Shown here: positions 8,701-17,627 of the stretch, piece after piece
Numbering within the stretch: the stretch's first letter is position 1
Layout: every line of letters starts with the position of its first letter
From: a virus
Length of the DNA stretch: 64,000 nucleotides
Direction: 5' to 3' (one strand)
Virus record (IMG/VR): IMGVR_UViG_3300004369_000002
Span: 1 to 64,000 of that record
Notes under the pieces: generated by a model
The model's input: only the letters and a program-made list of their open reading frames with translations
Database searches by the model: none
Told to the model about the DNA's origin: nothing
Program-made: the position numbers and the translations under genes

Positions 8701-11700
8701 ATTATCATCCATCTCACCGCTACTGATAGATGCCATGGCAAGATACCGAATTGTTTCGGCGCGCCTGTCCGCATCCATCCCGTCCCAGCCGCCGCCCTTC
8801 CAACCGAGAATTCCCGAGAAATCCCCAGGACCGAGCGATCCACCGTTGTCTAGCCATTCCTGATTAACAAAAGAGACGACCTCATCCAAAGCACTATCTT
8901 CACGTCCTGCACCGTCGCCAATAATCGCGTTGATTCCGGCAGGGATTGCGTAGCGCTGACGGAAAAAATCCTCCCGATAATCATCGAACATCGGATGGAA
9001 AATACCTTCGTCGTATATTTCTCCACGAAGATTGATTTTTGTTTGGTCTATATCTCGGAATAGTGGCGTCGCTCCGGGAGCCATAGCGTTACGAGCCCGA
9101 TGGAGTTCCCGATAGGCTTCCTCTAGATCTGCAATTTCAGAGTTGCGCAATACGACGCGTCCATCCCAATTCGCTTCTAGACGTGCCCGAATTTGAGCCA
9201 TTTGACCCGTAATGCGTCGCTCTTCGTCTAGCAGTTCTTGAATCTCGTTTGGAGTGTCCGGTCCGGCCCCACCGTTCTGTAGACGATCGACAATGTCTTT
9301 AACTCGTCTTGCTACTGTGCCATCTCGGGCGGCTTGAATGTCGCTTTGTGCAATAGCAGGGACGTCGCCATCTGGCGCGTCAGCCGCCCGAGCCGCAGGA
9401 GCAGCATCGGGAACCGGCGGAGCAGACAGTTCACGTTCCTGCTGCTCTACTTCTGCGAGGGAAATAACCTGCTCAACCTCACGATCCTCAAGCGGACGAC
9501 CCTCAGCCTCACGGCGTTCACGTAGTTTCCGGTTTACGTAGCGTCCACGCTCGTTCAGATCGCCGTTTTCGTCGTAGTAACGATTGAATCGACGGTCGTA
9601 TTCGCGTTCACGAGTCTCGCTATAGTTCCGTCGATTACGGTCACGCCAAGTGGGCCTTGCTGGCAAACCACGCTGCCGGAACGCATTCCAAACATTACGG
9701 AAAGACCGTTCATCAGGTACGCTCCCAGAACCGAAGCCGGGCGAGTCAGGATCAGGGGCATCAACGATGCGTTCTAAGCCAGGATTCCAATCCGGATCAA
9801 CGCGCTGCAAAGATGACATCGCCAGGCGACGTGCATACGCAATGTCCTTGCGTCGTTGACGAATCTCATCGGCTTCATCAGTGAAACCGCCATCACGTAA
9901 ACGCTGTTCAAGAGCCTGCAAAGCATTCTCTCGGTCTTGATACATGTTGAAGGCTCGCTCTAGGGCATCCCTGTTGTTTCCTTCACGCCAGGAACGAACC
10001 TGCTCACCGAAATCGTCTGGCGGAGCAGGGTTATCGGCAAGAGCACGATCAACCTCTTGGCGACGACGACCAGCAGTATCGGGAGTATTCCGATTACGTC
10101 CGTTACGTCCGCCATTCTGACGTATGTTGAATTCTCCTCCAACAAGCCTGAACGCTGGATGGACATCCCTTCGCCCATCCGGACGCTCCAACTCCTCAAA
10201 GATGTCCATATTGCGGTCAACAATGTCTTGCAGACGCGCAACTTCATCATCACGAAGTTCGACCATATTGAAAGGATCGTCTTGGTCATACCGGTATCGC
10301 TGCAGACGATCACGAATCTCATCATCCGACAAGTTGTCAAGTTGACCAGGACGACGATCAGCGACATCAGGTGCATCCGCATCCCCAGGCGAACCAGCCC
10401 CATCAGGAGTCCTCGTACGATCAAAAGAACGGTTCGCTTGCTCTTCAAGCCGATCACGTTCATCCGCATCCAACGGACGGCGGGCCGCCTGCCGCTGATC
10501 CCGCAAATCGTTATTGATGTAACTGCCACGCTCGTTCAGGTTCCCATCGCGATCGTAATACCGTCCAAAACGCTCATCCATTTCGCGTTGCTTATCGCGA
10601 TCCCAGCCAGGACGATTACGGTCACGCCAATAAGCACGCTGAGGCAGACCACGATCAGGGAAACGATTACGCACATTACGCAAAGAACGCTCATCAGGAA
10701 CACTGTCTTCCCTGGGCGGTGAATCAGAACCAATTCCACGACGGTTACGTTCATCATTGATCCGCTCAACAGCAGGATGCGGCACACGGTTACGTTCACG
10801 CAATGGTTGGCGAGGACCATTGTTGGCATTAACAATCCGATTCAGACGTTCCAAATCGTCGTCAGACAGATTCTCCAAATCGTATGGGAAATCATCGCCA
10901 CGAATGAAGTTAGATAGATCATTCAAAATGTCGTCATCGCTACGGTCACCAAGACCAGCAGCAGGACGAGCCTCAGGCGCACGCTCCGCGTCAGGAACTG
11001 GAGCAGCAGCCTCTTCACGCTGTCTACGCCGGTCACGACGACGACGCTCAGCCTTCAGCCGACCAAGATTTCGACGACGTTCCTCAACAAACATGTCGAA
11101 AGTATCTGGATTCGCATTGAACTCGTCTTCTTCTAACTGAACAATCTCTTGAATTGTTTCCAACTCGTTATCGTCCAGATCCTTCAGATTCTCTGGGATG
11201 CCACGCTCTTCACGCCACTGACGATTAGCCTCCTTGCGCCACTGAGAACGATCGTCAGAATCGGGAACAACACGTTCCGCAGCACCACGAGCACGACCAT
11301 TTACATCCGTGCGATCACGACCCCGTTCCGTGCCGCGACGGCGACGCTTCGGCTTCCCCTCCTCCTGAAGCACACGTGCAGCCGCATCATCCAAAGCACG
11401 AGCAATCTGGCGGCGACGTTCATTACGACGTTCACGACGACGCTCACGGCTTTCCCCGCGACGCTCACGGAACTCACCCAGACGCTGAATAGCCTGAGCG
11501 AAGAAATCCATGATCTTCTGCATCAAAGAACGCTGCTCTTCGGATTCTTCACCCCGAGCGGAACCACGACGCTCACGACGAGGACGACGCTCACCGTCTC
11601 CTCCATCACCACGACGGCGATCACGAATTAGATCAGCAAGAACCTGAGCCCACGGACCCAATGCTTCCTTGACACGCTCACGCTCATCAGGATCCTCAAT

Positions 11701-13104
11701 AAAATCAAAAGGATCGTCACTATCCGAAGGACGATCAGCATCAGCGTCGGGAGTCGGTCGACGTTCACCTTGGGGGCGACGAGGACGGACAGGACGCTGC
11801 TCGCTAGGACGCCGACCAGGACGACGACCAGGAGCACGACCGGCTTCCGGAGCATCGGCATCGCCTGCGTCTCCTTCATCGGCTGGGCGATCCCTACCTT
11901 CTCCACGACGAAATGCTTGCTCAGCACGAATCGCCGCCTGGTTCGCTCGCTTGCGACGCTGCTCGGCTTCAGATTCTGGGTTGAAACCGATGCGCCCATC
12001 AGTGGGAGGCTTCTGCAACTCGTTACGGGCAAGTGCCTCTTCCAGTTCAGCGTCATCCATATCTGCCCAACGACGCCCAACTTCACCCCCAGGCAAAATT
12101 TCGTTAGCCGGACCATCGCGACGAACTAGGTTTCCATTTTCGTCAAACCGGTAAGCATTCAGAAGATCATCTTCCGAGCGTCGTTGATCTCGCCGCCCGC
12201 CAAGTCCAGGGACTCCTCGGGTGGGAAGGTCGCGCTGTGGGCGACGCTGAGACGGAGTGCGGTCACGACCCCCACCTCGCCCAGGTCGCGCCGGAGCAAA
12301 GTCTCCAACCAAGCGATCTGCCGCAGCATCCAAACGGTTCGCTACCGCACGACGGCCTTCACGGATGCGCTCACCACGCTCACGACGATTGACAGCAGCC
12401 TGCGTACGCCGAGCCAAACGACGAGCATCACGGCCAGCACCGACATCGTCCAGACGACGACCTGCACGCATCAACGCACGCCCAATACGACGAGTCAAGC
12501 CGCCACCACATCCACGACCAAAACGATCCGTAATCTGGCCGCCGTTCAACGTTCCGTCTGGACAACGCCATCCGCCTCCTGGACCGATGTTTGCGTCGAA
12601 CACAGCACGAACGCGCTTGACCTGAATGTTCAGGGCAGTGACTTTTTGTTCCGTGCGGAAACGGCGAGCCTTGAAGTTGAGAGCAGCCTGACGATCCTTC
12701 GCATCAATCTGATCAAGACGTGTTGAATACAGGTTGGTGCGTGTAACACCCTTCAGAGACTTCCGTCTGATACTTGTCCCCATGGTGGGATGGGTCTTGC
12801 CATCCTGAACGAACTGATCGCCGGGGATATATAGTTCAACTTTGCGGGCGAGTTCTTCGCCATACTGATCTTCGACGCTTTTAACGAAATGCCGATCGAT
12901 GTCAACGGATAGTTCTTGCTGCAAGTTGAGATCCAGCACTGCCTTGACTTCGTTGAAAGTGGCTTTAGAGTCATTGAGCCAAGCGGCCCATTCAACAGAC
13001 TTCAACGAATAGGGGATAGCGATCGCTGCCGATTTCCCGTCGTGGATTACTGCTCCGTAGAGTTCCTGAGTATTGATGTCCTTGATGACACTTGCTTTGT
13101 TCAT
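5740..13104 (-). CDS. Giant 2454-aa polyvalent protein: domain X, Cys motif, Arg/Asp-rich repeats, GNAT-like domain, C-terminal HipA/PI3K-like kinase
   Basis: LKGMGVATALN..GPYIWGRVGY (GNAT); LVIKG, YAEVASYNLA, FFLGSADRHNRN, VPYDQG (kinase); lies between prohead protease and capsid genes. Confidence 0.8.
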   Translation of the reverse strand: MNKASVIKDINTQELYGAVIHDGKSAAIAIPYSLKSVEWAAWLNDSKATFNEVKAVLDLNLQQELSVDIDRHFVKSVEDQYGEELARKVELYIPGDQFVQDGKTHPTMGTSIRRKSLKGVTRTNLYSTRLDQIDAKDRQAALNFKARRFRTEQKVTALNIQVKRVRAVFDANIGPGGGWRCPDGTLNGGQITDRFGRGCGGGLTRRIGRALMRAGRRLDDVGAGRDARRLARRTQAAVNRRERGERIREGRRAVANRLDAAADRLVGDFAPARPGRGGGRDRTPSQRRPQRDLPTRGVPGLGGRRDQRRSEDDLLNAYRFDENGNLVRRDGPANEILPGGEVGRRWADMDDAELEEALARNELQKPPTDGRIGFNPESEAEQRRKRANQAAIRAEQAFRRGEGRDRPADEGDAGDADAPEAGRAPGRRPGRRPSEQRPVRPRRPQGERRPTPDADADRPSDSDDPFDFIEDPDERERVKEALGPWAQVLADLIRDRRRGDGGDGERRPRRERRGSARGEESEEQRSLMQKIMDFFAQAIQRLGEFRERRGESRERRRERRNERRRQIARALDDAAARVLQEEGKPKRRRRGTERGRDRTDVNGRARGAAERVVPDSDDRSQWRKEANRQWREERGIPENLKDLDDNELETIQEIVQLEEDEFNANPDTFDMFVEERRRNLGRLKAERRRRDRRRQREEAAAPVPDAERAPEARPAAGLGDRSDDDILNDLSNFIRGDDFPYDLENLSDDDLERLNRIVNANNGPRQPLRERNRVPHPAVERINDERNRRGIGSDSPPREDSVPDERSLRNVRNRFPDRGLPQRAYWRDRNRPGWDRDKQREMDERFGRYYDRDGNLNERGSYINNDLRDQRQAARRPLDADERDRLEEQANRSFDRTRTPDGAGSPGDADAPDVADRRPGQLDNLSDDEIRDRLQRYRYDQDDPFNMVELRDDEVARLQDIVDRNMDIFEELERPDGRRDVHPAFRLVGGEFNIRQNGGRNGRNRNTPDTAGRRRQEVDRALADNPAPPDDFGEQVRSWREGNNRDALERAFNMYQDRENALQALEQRLRDGGFTDEADEIRQRRKDIAYARRLAMSSLQRVDPDWNPGLERIVDAPDPDSPGFGSGSVPDERSFRNVWNAFRQRGLPARPTWRDRNRRNYSETREREYDRRFNRYYDENGDLNERGRYVNRKLRERREAEGRPLEDREVEQVISLAEVEQQERELSAPPVPDAAPAARAADAPDGDVPAIAQSDIQAARDGTVARRVKDIVDRLQNGGAGPDTPNEIQELLDEERRITGQMAQIRARLEANWDGRVVLRNSEIADLEEAYRELHRARNAMAPGATPLFRDIDQTKINLRGEIYDEGIFHPMFDDYREDFFRQRYAIPAGINAIIGDGAGREDSALDEVVSFVNQEWLDNGGSLGPGDFSGILGWKGGGWDGMDADRRAETIRYLAMASISSGEMDDNLRRRIGMGRDDANRMAVAASSMKRHAENIRRNRELLYNRTVPGDMPQTIEGRIDELKSDVDSWVASYQAMVDAARVGLEGDGDGRNFLRALGQRYKSERDLRERDQGLFEETPNELTRQLLLAQGHASQVADRARDIYQAPIGVDRAADERRLADIDNLLDRGAIAAAGRWVQSDDVLQKYLGQYVALSMTRTSLTRQQLENRKRAIQAAWGIPQAPDPGLGAQRVVNEPNGVVNGVQDLISTDSEAAAMIDGILENAQKKRRRSLTAVFRKKYPNDTGNPWDNYKRRNGGEHPLTAATMADKLANGTPEEKRKIKEWVKNLYEIEVEGPQGTSVRSVVSDVQFSRGTISIYGRLVAKMADGTEVSNNVGAFTRMIGSDGKISSSVFSVGHDSYQTASTSDIDMITGRRVTRDGNVWKYSDGTPMPDDHHILKGMGVATALNGHSWGWLKDAGFDRVGVGAASDGPYIWGRVGYRDGYSQRELWNLAANEVLKFRAGRSSIVTTEDQARMITELARRANAVNYDGRTSPSRMELIYALEHGGSDNDRRARINKVKAWMRSNAPLSSGTLYLDQHSFDAVDESTDAADVQLNRRGVDVHGGHMLRGFVRPQPPDERRGQIATPVVAPGDLPEPRLIENASIKSSEQAANFLRSGGSLSEVPNQYWISAIQANSSRTEVDPGSMFYEKPPRDGNIADTRIFLLRDADGRPTNQGLVIKGSRPNQVGQGIMDDVYAEVASYNLAAAVGIMPEGAGYVGTSQLNPRVRGRGQGEEAVFAVIPHAANLAPGNGPLTRGAADYDPALLANAPDRGLPARTAHFFHNFFLGSADRHNRNGGTFIDENGNAIVVPYDQGRVAVGFYGNLPQYQWLGANAPVSSYKFAMDSRLFPEMQDHVRSLSRAEATRFRREMLERYDEMVSRYRSAISGGRDEFIRRMSIGAPDTVGGADVRGVREQRLGEIYDHLKTKVDRASEHRDYLKRKLSIPRGAQ

Positions 13105-15158
13105 GTTCCTGCGCCAATGATTTGAAGGATCAATTCACGAGACTCCCGAAGTGAAGTCAACCGTGTGTCAAAAATTTCTTTTACGATTGATAGGTGTGAC
13201 TCTTCCGCTGAAGATAGTTTACCGTCAATAGACAATTTCTCCAGGTAATCAGCCCACGAAAACTCTTCAGCACGCGAAATCAACTGGTCCAAAATTTGGA
13301 TCATCAACGCACGCTCATCCTCACCAATCTCAGCAAAAGTACGACCGTAAGCATCAGTGGTCTTACGGAAAAAGTCCTCCGGACCAATAGCCCGCCTGGC
13401 TTCCAACTCATCCGCGTCCAAACCCACCAAAGCGGCGAATGGCCCTACCCCAGCAACAAGTTCAGCCTCTTCACCAACAGTCGCAGTAAAAATCGAATTC
13501 TTCGAACGATCACGAGTATCCGTCAACCAGTCAGCCACCTGAACACCCAAAACCTGCTCCGGCGGCACAACCTCTGGGTCATAATCCTCCGTAATGCCAG
13601 CACCCTCAATCACATTGTCCGGAGACCTGTAATAGAACGGACGATCATCCCCCTCTCCAGCAAACCGAACCGACGGTGACTGAACCCCCAACTCACGCAA
13701 CATCTCCGAACTGTAATGCGCACTCAAATGCTCAAACGTCTCATTGTCCTCCTTGACAACAACACGCTTGCCATCCTCCGTCTCATACAACGTAATGTCA
13801 TCACGAAGTTTGGTGGCCTCATAAATCTCAGCCTGACCCAAAGCCTCCAACACAATCGCCGGATCAATCTCAGACAACAAACCGCCCTTATTGATGTGCT
13901 CAACAGCCTCCTTCACGGAGTCAATTCGCTCTTCAGGCTTCTTCGGAGCAACATTCTGAGGAGCAGCAGCAGGAGCAGCCTCGCCAGGCTCCGGCTCACC
14001 CTCCCCATCACTCAAATCAGCCTCTTCCTCAACCCGTGGAGTTATATCCTCACTAAACGCTTCCTTAGCCCACTTAGGCGTACCGTCATCGTCACCCTCA
14101 GGATCCTTGACGTCACCGTAATCCTTGGACATCTCAAAAGCGCCATCAGCGTTTTCCACGATGAAATCAAGCCGAGCCAAAGGATCCTTTGAAACATCCA
14201 TGTCGGCGGCAGTGTTCGCATCCTTACCAAGTTGACGACGCTCGCCGGTCGAAAGATCCCGCTTCCTATCCAAGCGAATCTGCACTCCGTTTGGAGTCAC
14301 ATAAACCAGTGAAGTGACACCAGTGTTCGACAAGAAGCGAAGTTCGTCCCCACCAAGATTCTCTGGCTTACGAACCGACTGAACGAAAGCGGCTTCTTCC
14401 ATGTTGCGGTTATCCGGAACCTCACGCAAATCTGCGGCAGACACAACAGGGACCATCACAAAACCGTCACGACGAACCAAAACACCAGAATCAGCGTCCT
14501 GATTAGTGATCGCTTCGACAGCCTGCTTGATTCCATCTTCCCGAGCCTCAACGCTCATGGGCCCAACTTCAGAGACACGCGCAGCACGACGAATCATCAA
14601 CTGGGGATTCTCATCGGCTGCTCCACCACCCAAAGCCTGAGCAGTTACAGTCGTGCCGGGAGCAACCGAACGCCGTCGGTCCCTAGTCCGATAAATCGCC
14701 TGACCGAGGGTTTCACGCAAAGACGGGATGTCGAACAACTGTTTCCCACAGGTCGAATAGTTCTCATCTGTGAAACGTCCACCAAACTGGAAACCTTCAG
14801 AACATCGATAGCCACGTTCGTCCGGACTGGGAAGATTAACCCCACGGCCCCCACCACCAGGCGTCAAAGCACGAGCAATACCAGACCGAATTGGACTACG
14901 GGCAGGGCTTACGTTCCCCGGAAGAATCATTGAACCAGCAGCCTGAGCAGCCTGCCCAGCACGCCCCCTAGACCCAACAACCCCGACAACCTTCTCTTGG
15001 ACCCTTTTCAGCGCGTTAGACCGATAAAGGCGAGCCTTGTATTCCACCAGATTCTGATCCCCATTAAGAGGCAAATAGAAAAGATCACGAGCAAAAGAAA
15101 GCGGAGTGCTCAAAGGAACTGACTTACGTTCCATACGCTCGCCGTCGTATTCGCTCAT
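13101..15158 (-). CDS. 685-aa paralog of the giant protein with a degenerate C-terminal kinase-like domain
   Basis: EYKARLYR; YRCSEGFQFGGRFTDENYSTC; IDSVKEAVEHINKGGLLSEI; VVVKE, EHLSAHYSSEMLRELG, DWLTDTRDRSKNS. Confidence 0.7.
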   Translation of the reverse strand: MSEYDGERMERKSVPLSTPLSFARDLFYLPLNGDQNLVEYKARLYRSNALKRVQEKVVGVVGSRGRAGQAAQAAGSMILPGNVSPARSPIRSGIARALTPGGGGRGVNLPSPDERGYRCSEGFQFGGRFTDENYSTCGKQLFDIPSLRETLGQAIYRTRDRRRSVAPGTTVTAQALGGGAADENPQLMIRRAARVSEVGPMSVEAREDGIKQAVEAITNQDADSGVLVRRDGFVMVPVVSAADLREVPDNRNMEEAAFVQSVRKPENLGGDELRFLSNTGVTSLVYVTPNGVQIRLDRKRDLSTGERRQLGKDANTAADMDVSKDPLARLDFIVENADGAFEMSKDYGDVKDPEGDDDGTPKWAKEAFSEDITPRVEEEADLSDGEGEPEPGEAAPAAAPQNVAPKKPEERIDSVKEAVEHINKGGLLSEIDPAIVLEALGQAEIYEATKLRDDITLYETEDGKRVVVKEDNETFEHLSAHYSSEMLRELGVQSPSVRFAGEGDDRPFYYRSPDNVIEGAGITEDYDPEVVPPEQVLGVQVADWLTDTRDRSKNSIFTATVGEEAELVAGVGPFAALVGLDADELEARRAIGPEDFFRKTTDAYGRTFAEIGEDERALMIQILDQLISRAEEFSWADYLEKLSIDGKLSSAEESHLSIVKEIFDTRLTSLRESRELILQIIGAGT

Positions 15159-15770
15159 TTAGTGGCAACCACAATCTTTCTCATCACTCGGCATCCATTC
15201 GTGGATAACCTCGTTGCCAAGATCATCATCACCTACATGCTCCCAGTTTTTGTCATCACGGAGAAAGTCGATGAAACCCTTCTCCATTTCAGCAAACTCC
15301 GACAAAACACTCATCGCATACTTGAAATCTGTTTCCGTAACAACGTCATAGTCAAATCCCATTTCCCCCGACTTTTTGCCACGTCGAAAACGGCGATTCA
15401 TACGGCTGTTGAACTCACGATCAGTCCACAAAGAGCCGCCAACGCCACGACGAATCTTGCCGCGACAATTCTTCATGCCAGGATGGTGGCATCCTTCGTT
15501 TGGCCACAAACCAGTTGTCTCATGGTGAAGCCAAGCGCAGATTCGCTCCAACGGATACAACTCAGGGTGATTAGCGAGGATGCGACGGCAACGACGAAAA
15601 CCACCAGGCTTACGCATAATCGGACGCCAATAGCGAAGAAGGCGCTCCAAATTTCCACGACGAGGGCCGTAGCCACGAAGAATATCTCCACTGATCCGCT
15701 CCTGCGGCAAATCCAAAACGGATTCCAAAGCAGGTGGTGTTGGTGCCTTCTCTTCAAACGCTTCAGCCAT
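15159..15770 (-). CDS. Head-region hypothetical protein (203 aa, Cys/His motif)
   Basis: Start moved to ATG 15770 (MAEAFEEK), overlapping the upstream stop; LLRYW..GGFRRC..ICAWLHHETTGLWP. Confidence 0.7.
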   Translation of the reverse strand: MAEAFEEKAPTPPALESVLDLPQERISGDILRGYGPRRGNLERLLRYWRPIMRKPGGFRRCRRILANHPELYPLERICAWLHHETTGLWPNEGCHHPGMKNCRGKIRRGVGGSLWTDREFNSRMNRRFRRGKKSGEMGFDYDVVTETDFKYAMSVLSEFAEMEKGFIDFLRDDKNWEHVGDDDLGNEVIHEWMPSDEKDCGCH

Positions 15771-16065
15771 CAGTTTCATCTCCACAGTTGCAAGGCAATT
15801 CATCAAACCAAGCGACCAAACGCTTGTACAAAGATGACCGGGATTCCTCAAATGCTCGTTGTAGAACTTCCCGGTCATCAAGTGCCGTCGACAAATCACG
15901 TTGCGACACCAGTGTTTTCTTCTTGACGTACGACAACCGACGATCACCAGTCATCACAACGTCCTCAGAATTACGAAACGACACGTCACGACGAACACGG
16001 TCGGTAAGTTGCGTAATTCGTTGAACAGAAAAGTTCACGCGCATGGAGGCGTCGTTATTCTCCAT
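15763..16065 (-). CDS. Hypothetical protein (100 aa)
   Basis: GAAAGG SD; fills the operon gap. Confidence 0.7.
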   Translation of the reverse strand: MENNDASMRVNFSVQRITQLTDRVRRDVSFRNSEDVVMTGDRRLSYVKKKTLVSQRDLSTALDDREVLQRAFEESRSSLYKRLVAWFDELPCNCGDETDG

Positions 16066-16084
16066 AACGTGGCCTTTCTTTAGA

Positions 16085-17566
16085 TCAGAACTGGTCTTTT
16101 AGATCTTCTTCTGCTTCGATGATCTGGAATTCCATCAGGCTTGCAAGGAAAGCGTCATCGGACTTTTCTCCTGCTGCTTCAGCCTGGATCTTCTTCGGAA
16201 CCCACGACTCGGGAATGAGATCTTCCAAACCAAGATCCATGGCCCGCTTCATGATGTGCTTCTTAGCAGCGTCCTTGTCCTTGGCTCGGCCAAAGGCCTG
16301 GATGGCGTTGCGAAGATCGGCTTCGTCCTTGATCGGGTACGAGCCGTCCGGCAACGCTTCACCGCTTTCAGACATTGCTGACCGAGCATCCTCGTCGTAC
16401 GCTCGCTTCAATGCAATCTCGGCTGCCTCGGCCTCAATTTCCTCAACCTCATCGGCTTCGTACTCATCGATACGAATGCCGGTTCCATCGACCCCAACGA
16501 ACACGTCGTACGACTTGCCATTGAGACCGTCAACTTCGAAGACGTAAGCGTCATATCCATCCACAATGTCCGAGTCCGCCATGACAACCGAACCGGCAGT
16601 CTTGAACTCGGTGTGGAGAAGATCCAAAGCAATGTCCTCTGCCGTCTTGATGTCGACGATTCGGATTGCTTCTTCTTGGTCCAAAGACTTTTCGCCGAAT
16701 GCTGTTCCCATGTCCGAGGCATTCAAACGATGGAAGTTGATGATTTCGCCCGTTGCACCGTCAGCAAGAACCTCAACGGCACGACCATCCTTGGCGAGAA
16801 CATCCACGATGAACAGTTCCATTTCGTCGGAATATCCGGAGTAGAGAACCTTGCCACCGAACATATCCAACGTCATTCCTTCGACGTCCAACAATCCTGG
16901 CATTCCCTGCTCTGCGGCGCACCCTCCAGGGCAGTTGGCGCAAACGTCAGACTCACCCGGGTAAACCTTGCGCTCAAACTGGCAAAGGAAAGCGCCATCG
17001 GGATCGTCGAAGTCCTCGGACTTGACACCCATAGCGTTCATCGCGCGGGCACGCGAACGCTTCTTGGGCTTCATCATCCAGGTCTTGCCCTCTTCGTCTT
17101 CTTCGTCCTCGGTCATGACGTCTTCGGCGGGCATTTCCTCGTCGTCCATCATTTCCTTGGCTCCGAGGTTCTCTTCGCGCATTTCCATTTCACGCTTCTT
17201 GCGCTTCTTGAGAGTGGCGTTCACCTCGTCGGTGTAATCCTCGTCGACCTCTTCGGCTGCTTCCATGGCACCCTTTTGGGTGACAGCCATAGCGCCACAG
17301 GCACCACAAACTTTTGCGCCAGCCTTATAGCCACATTCATCACTTCCAAGACCTTTGGCGCATTTAACAACTGCACCGTCTGCGTCGATCTTTACGACGG
17401 CCTTTTCGCTGAGTTCTTCCATTTCCTCGTTCTCCTTGTACTGCATGGCCCGTGACAAGCAGCCTTTGGGATTAGAGCACCCGTCACAGGGTTCCATGAC
17501 TTTGCGTCCTGAAACCATGCAGTGGTACTTGGTTGTGATTTTTTCTAGAGATTTCTCCGTTGTCAT
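16085..17566 (-). CDS. Acidic head-region protein: Cys-rich N-terminal motifs, two PepSY-like repeats, DUF6582-like C-terminus (possible scaffold/internal protein)
   Basis: CDGC..C, CGACG, CANCPGGC; FIVDVL..DG...EVLADGATGEII and YVFEVDG..G..YDVFV; ALPDGSYPIKDEADLRNAIQAFGRA. Confidence 0.6.
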   Translation of the reverse strand: MTTEKSLEKITTKYHCMVSGRKVMEPCDGCSNPKGCLSRAMQYKENEEMEELSEKAVVKIDADGAVVKCAKGLGSDECGYKAGAKVCGACGAMAVTQKGAMEAAEEVDEDYTDEVNATLKKRKKREMEMREENLGAKEMMDDEEMPAEDVMTEDEEDEEGKTWMMKPKKRSRARAMNAMGVKSEDFDDPDGAFLCQFERKVYPGESDVCANCPGGCAAEQGMPGLLDVEGMTLDMFGGKVLYSGYSDEMELFIVDVLAKDGRAVEVLADGATGEIINFHRLNASDMGTAFGEKSLDQEEAIRIVDIKTAEDIALDLLHTEFKTAGSVVMADSDIVDGYDAYVFEVDGLNGKSYDVFVGVDGTGIRIDEYEADEVEEIEAEAAEIALKRAYDEDARSAMSESGEALPDGSYPIKDEADLRNAIQAFGRAKDKDAAKKHIMKRAMDLGLEDLIPESWVPKKIQAEAAGEKSDDAFLASLMEFQIIEAEEDLKDQF

Positions 17567-17627
17567 TTTACACGTCCTGGTCTATTTGTTTGTAAACACA
17601 GGTCTTGTAGACACATTAGTGGATATT

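Noticed and set aside
9334-12726. Many 100-220 aa ORFs overlapping the giant gene, similar ORFs over 16085..17566, and short alternates across the tail region
   Set aside because: Low-complexity mirror or alternate frames of Arg/Asp-rich or Ala/Thr-rich coding sequence
15771-15947. N-terminal 59 aa of the 262-aa ORF call
   Set aside because: Overlaps the 100-aa gene; ATG 15770 with a short overlap is the more plausible start
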